Of a stretch of DNA of 64,000 nucleotides, positions 60,095 through 64,000 are shown in pieces (position 1 is the first letter of the stretch; every line of letters starts with the position of its first letter). The stretch lies in assembly GCF_009914755.1 (NCBI RefSeq), contig NC_060942.1; one strand, written 5' to 3'. Source of the stretch: the human T2T-CHM13v2.0 reference genome, Homo sapiens. The notes below the pieces were generated by a model, which searched no databases, was not told the origin of the DNA, and saw only the letters and a list, made by a program, of their open reading frames with translations. A program made the position numbers and the translations under genes.

Positions 60095-61246
60095 CCTAAA
60101 TTCATACAGGCATACATGAAGTAAAAAGAACCATGTTTCTTCAACTGAAAATTAGACACAAAAGAAACCACTTTTAATAGTTTGCAGGTTGCCCTAGACC
60201 TCAGATTTTCAAACTACAGTGGACTGATACCCTGAGGCCCAGACATACCAATCGGAAAGTGAGGACTAGGCCTTTGAGCCTCATAGAGGAAGGTGAGCTG
60301 CCTCCCTGACACCCCTTCATTGATTTGTTGCTGTTTTCAAGTAGAAATAAATCTGAGATATTTGAAGATATTTGGAGGCGGCAACAGTGAGAAGAGCAGA
60401 AGCTGCTACTCAAGGCTAACACCCAAGGAGGACTTGATAAACACAGGACCGGGAAGCACCCTGCTTGCAGCTGCAGGCTCTCCCTCTCCACACAAACCTT
60501 TGAAGGGAGCCCTGGGGCTAGACAGCCATTATATTCTTGACTTGTCTCTAATCCCCCACCGCCTGTCTGAGAAGATAAATATTTTATATTCTTGAAGGCA
60601 GGGGGCTTATGGAGGAAGGCATGCAGTGCCCAGCATGACAGAGGCCCTGGAGAGAGGAGAGAGGGAACAGGGATCAGAATAGAGGAAATTTGAGACCTAT
60701 TCTTAGAGGGATCTTCTCACGGTGGTCCTCTCTGTAAAATGCCTCCTTGCTCCCCAGTGCTGCTGGATGGAGTCCTGGCATCCCGGACTCTTCACAACCC
60801 CATTATCTACTTCCAGTCCAGGTGGATCCCTGCCTAAGGAAATGAGAGCTTTTTGTAGCTCCTCTCGCAGGACATGCTGGCTTTAGACCTCCATCTGGAT
60901 CTAGGGCTTCCCTCGAGAAGTCAGCCAACCTGGTGGTGGAGGGCTATGTTTCTGGGTGCTGCCAACAGGCTGGAGTCTGGTGGCTGCTGCATGGGCTACA
61001 TGAGGCCTGCACTACCAGTTCACATAAACACCCACTCACACAACATCTGCCCTTCCAACCAGCCTGCTCTCCTCTCTTAGGTTATCTGTCCAGACCCTGA
61101 AGACCTTTGAGTTTGAGGCCGCTGACCATCCTATCCCATACCAGGCACACAGACCAAACTTAATACTCATACCTGTTGAAATGAGAATAAGCCTCTCACC
61201 AAGGGGCGCACCAAGTCTATCTGCTCTGGCATCCAGCCTCAGAAAC

Positions 61247-61689
61247 TGTATTAGTCCCTTTTCACATGGCTATAAAGACATACCTGAGACTGGGTAATTT
61301 ATGAAGGAAAGAGGTTGAGTTGACTCGCAGTTTGTCATGGCTGGGGAGGCCTCAGGAAACTTACAATCATGGCAGAAGGGGAAGAAGACACCTTCTTCAC
61401 AAGATGGTGGGAAAGAGGGACAGAGAGTGAGAGAGAGCCAGAGAGAGGGAGGGGGGATGGGGGGATAGTGGGATGGGGGGATAGAGGATGGGGGAGGGAA
61501 AGAAAGAGAGAGAAAGGGAGGGAGGGGGAGGGAGAGGGAGGGAGGGAGAGGGAGGGGGAGAGGGGAAGAGGGGGAGAAGGAGAAGGGGGAGAAGGGGAGA
61601 AGGGGAGAAGGGGAGAAGGGGAGAAGGGGGAGGGGGAGAGAGGGGGAGAGGGGGAGAGGGGGAGAGGGGGAGAGAGGGGGAGAGAGGGG

Positions 61690-61725
<36 letters not shown>

Positions 61726-61950
61726 GAGAGGGAGGGAGAGAGAGAGGGAGGGAAGGAGAGGGAGAGAAAGTGTGAAGGGGAAGAGCCTCTTATAAAACCA
61801 TCAGATCTCGTGAGAACTTACTCTCACGAGAACAGCATGGGGAGAACCAACCCTATGATCCAATCACCTCCCACCAAGACCCTCCCTCAATACGTGAGGA
61901 TTACAGTTGGAGATGAGATTTGGGTGGGGGCACAGAGCCAAACCATTTCA
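61247..61950 (-). mobile_element. THE1/MST-type MaLR LTR with an internal GA-rich expansion (~61410-61770)
   Basis: Termini TGTATTAGTCC and GAGCCAAACCATTTCA; the LTR text resumes after the purine tract. Confidence 0.9.
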
Positions 61951-62519
61951 GAAATCAAAAGGCCGGAGTTTCCACTAGACAACAGTGATAGTCTTCTGGA
62001 AACTCCAGGTCTGGAGCAGGACTGGGCCACCTGTTCCCAACCTCCTTTTGCCTTCCCCCTCCTCCCCTTTCCTTCCCCCCCTTCCCCTTTCCCCTTCCTC
62101 CTTCTTCTCCTCCCCCAGCAGAAACCACAATCCCCAAATTGACCTTCCATCATGAAGCTGGGGTCAGAGTGCATTTCCATCAGTGCCTGCGTTTCATCAT
62201 GGTCCTCTGGGATGGGAGCTGAGAGCCTGTTGCTGACGAACTATCACAGGCCAGCTGAAGCTTGGCTCCTTTTAAGCACTCTTTTCCCAGGTTGCCTTTT
62301 TTTTTTTTTTTTTTTTTTTTTGGTAACCTCTGGGCTCTTCCCTGACTCCTCTCTTTGCTTCTGCAATTCCTACATTAAATTGAAGTCTGGAGCTGTATTA
62401 TGGATTGGCTCTGAAGACCACCCCCCTCACTCCTCCTGGAAGGCCACAGCCCCGTGGCTGTGTCTGAGAGCAGGTTCAACCCCTCCTTGTTCTGGGAGAA
62501 GAGTTGAGCCCCACAACTT

Positions 62520-62697
62520 TAGGATGGTGGTCCTCCAACTTGAGTGGGCATTGGAACCACCTGGAGGTTTGTTAAAACACAGACTCCTGGGCCCCACTCC
62601 CAGAATCTGATTCAGTAGGGATCCGGTGAGTTCTGATAATTTGCATTTCTAACAAGCTGTGATGCTGGCTCAGGGAACATACTTTGAGAACCACCAA
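62520..62697. mobile_element. MER5A (hAT-Charlie)
   Basis: GTGGTCCTCCAACTT...CTGGGCCCCACTCCCAGAATCTGATTCAGTAGG...TTTGCATTTCTAACAAGC...ACTTTGAGAACCAC. Confidence 0.88.
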
Positions 62698-63229
62698 TCT
62701 CTGTCTCCCAGAGAAACTTGAGGCTGGAAGAGTCTTCTCTATGCACCTCCTCAACCTTCTGGAGTAGAAGGCTTCCCTGCAAGAAGCTTAGGTTCATCTA
62801 TGAGGAAGAATCGAGGCTGTCCTGCTTCCTGTCCCTTTTCACTCCCTCCCCCTCTCTCCTTTTTCTCCCTTGCCTTTTTCCTTCTCTCCCTGCTATGGCT
62901 CTGCGTCTGTCTCTGGGCCTCTCCACGTGCACATACGTCCCTAGTGATGAGCTGGCTCTGGATTTGTGCAGCAAGCTCACAGCCATCTGGAGACGCTGGG
63001 CCACCCTGACTGACATATGCTAAAATACAGGCGGCAGAAAGACTCTGGGCAGAGACCAATTTGTTAATTTAATTGAGTTGCAAACAAGCAGGAAGCCAAC
63101 AGGGTTTGTGGGAAACCTATTAGGTATTCTCAGAACCAGCAACCGGGTTAGGTCCTGAGCTGAGGCTGGCATCTGCAGGCCAACTGCAGGAGGAGGAAGG
63201 GACCTGTCTCACTTCAGGGCTGCCCCACT

Positions 63230-63732
63230 GTGCAGAGTGGGGCAGAGATGCTCTGTGGGGGCCTGTCTGGTGTAGCGGGTGTCATTAGTGAACTCCTCGT
63301 TTCCACCACCAGAGCCCCTTTACTAGGCTGGCATTCCATCCTCCTTCTCAGAGACTTGCCCTTTGGAGTGAATGAGCCCTACCTTGCTTTGTTCCTCCCC
63401 TGCTTGGGAAGCAGCCTGAAGCCAAGGGCTGGCTGACTTGGAATATAAAAGCTGGGCCCCTTGCAAAGTGCTTTCCCAAAACTGAGAGGTTTCCTGGGAT
63501 GAAGGACAGTCCCAGGCAAACCTGGATGGCTGGTCACCCTACCACTATCTCACTATTTGTTTTCCAGAGCCTCTGATGAGATCAGGCTGAGACTAGACTT
63601 CAGTGGAGACCATATCCTGGCTGAGCCCCTTCCTGGCCTGCCCTGCTCCCCTTGCTCCTGAGCACACATGCCTATCAATCGTGTGCTGAATCCTTGCCTC
63701 AGGCTCTGCTTCTAGTGAGACCAGCCTAAGGA
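63230..63732 (+). mobile_element. LTR16-like ERVL LTR with a small hAT-Blackjack-like insert (~63470-63540)
   Basis: Ends TGAATCCTTGCCTCAGGCTCTGCTTCTAG..CCAGCCTAAG; insert GTCCCAGGCAAACCTGGATGGCTGGTCACCCT. Confidence 0.6.
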
Positions 63733-64000
63733 TGCATCCCCTAAGAATGATCACTCCACCCTCCCTGCTGATGAAAACAAACCACAAATGGGGAGGGAGT
63801 TCTTCAGCACTGCTAATCGTTCTGAAGATAAGGAACAGTCAAGGATAATAATAATAGATATTTGTTGATTTCCAGGGGGGCCTCTTAGCTTCCCTGTGAT
63901 GCCCCCTAACTCCAGCTAGTCATCAAAGAATTTATGTCTTTATTGCATAGAAAGCTGAGGACTTGAAGCCGGGAATACTTCATCTGTCCTCACCTTTACA

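Noticed and set aside
61369-62142. 257-aa Gly/Glu/Arg-rich ORF
   Set aside because: Translation of the GA-only tract inside an LTR.

Overview
Human (primate) genomic DNA with no protein-coding exon in the window. The main feature is a CpG-island promoter (~9100-10690) holding two alternative non-coding first exons on the minus strand. I recognise these from memory as the 5' UTR leaders of SMAD2 (chr18q21.1); this was not checked by alignment. Bases 1-9349 are SMAD2 intron 1, and the coding exons lie beyond the left edge. The remaining ~53 kb is upstream intergenic DNA dominated by interspersed repeats (Alu, L1, L2, MIR, MaLR/ERVL LTRs, hAT and Tigger DNA transposons). All long ORFs in the supplied track are explained by GC richness, Alu/L1 sequence or low complexity. 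I see no evidence of a new biological system. The observations most worth a second look are: a ~550-bp, ~95%-identical local duplication 3.9 kb apart just upstream of the promoter; a complete MER11 solo LTR with a 6-bp TSD and a nested AluSp; the CCAAT/octamer architecture of the promoter; a candidate cryptic uAUG-containing 5' UTR exon; an inverted Alu pair in intron 1; and several fold-back or non-B DNA structures. Repeat subfamily names and most boundaries are by eye and approximate.
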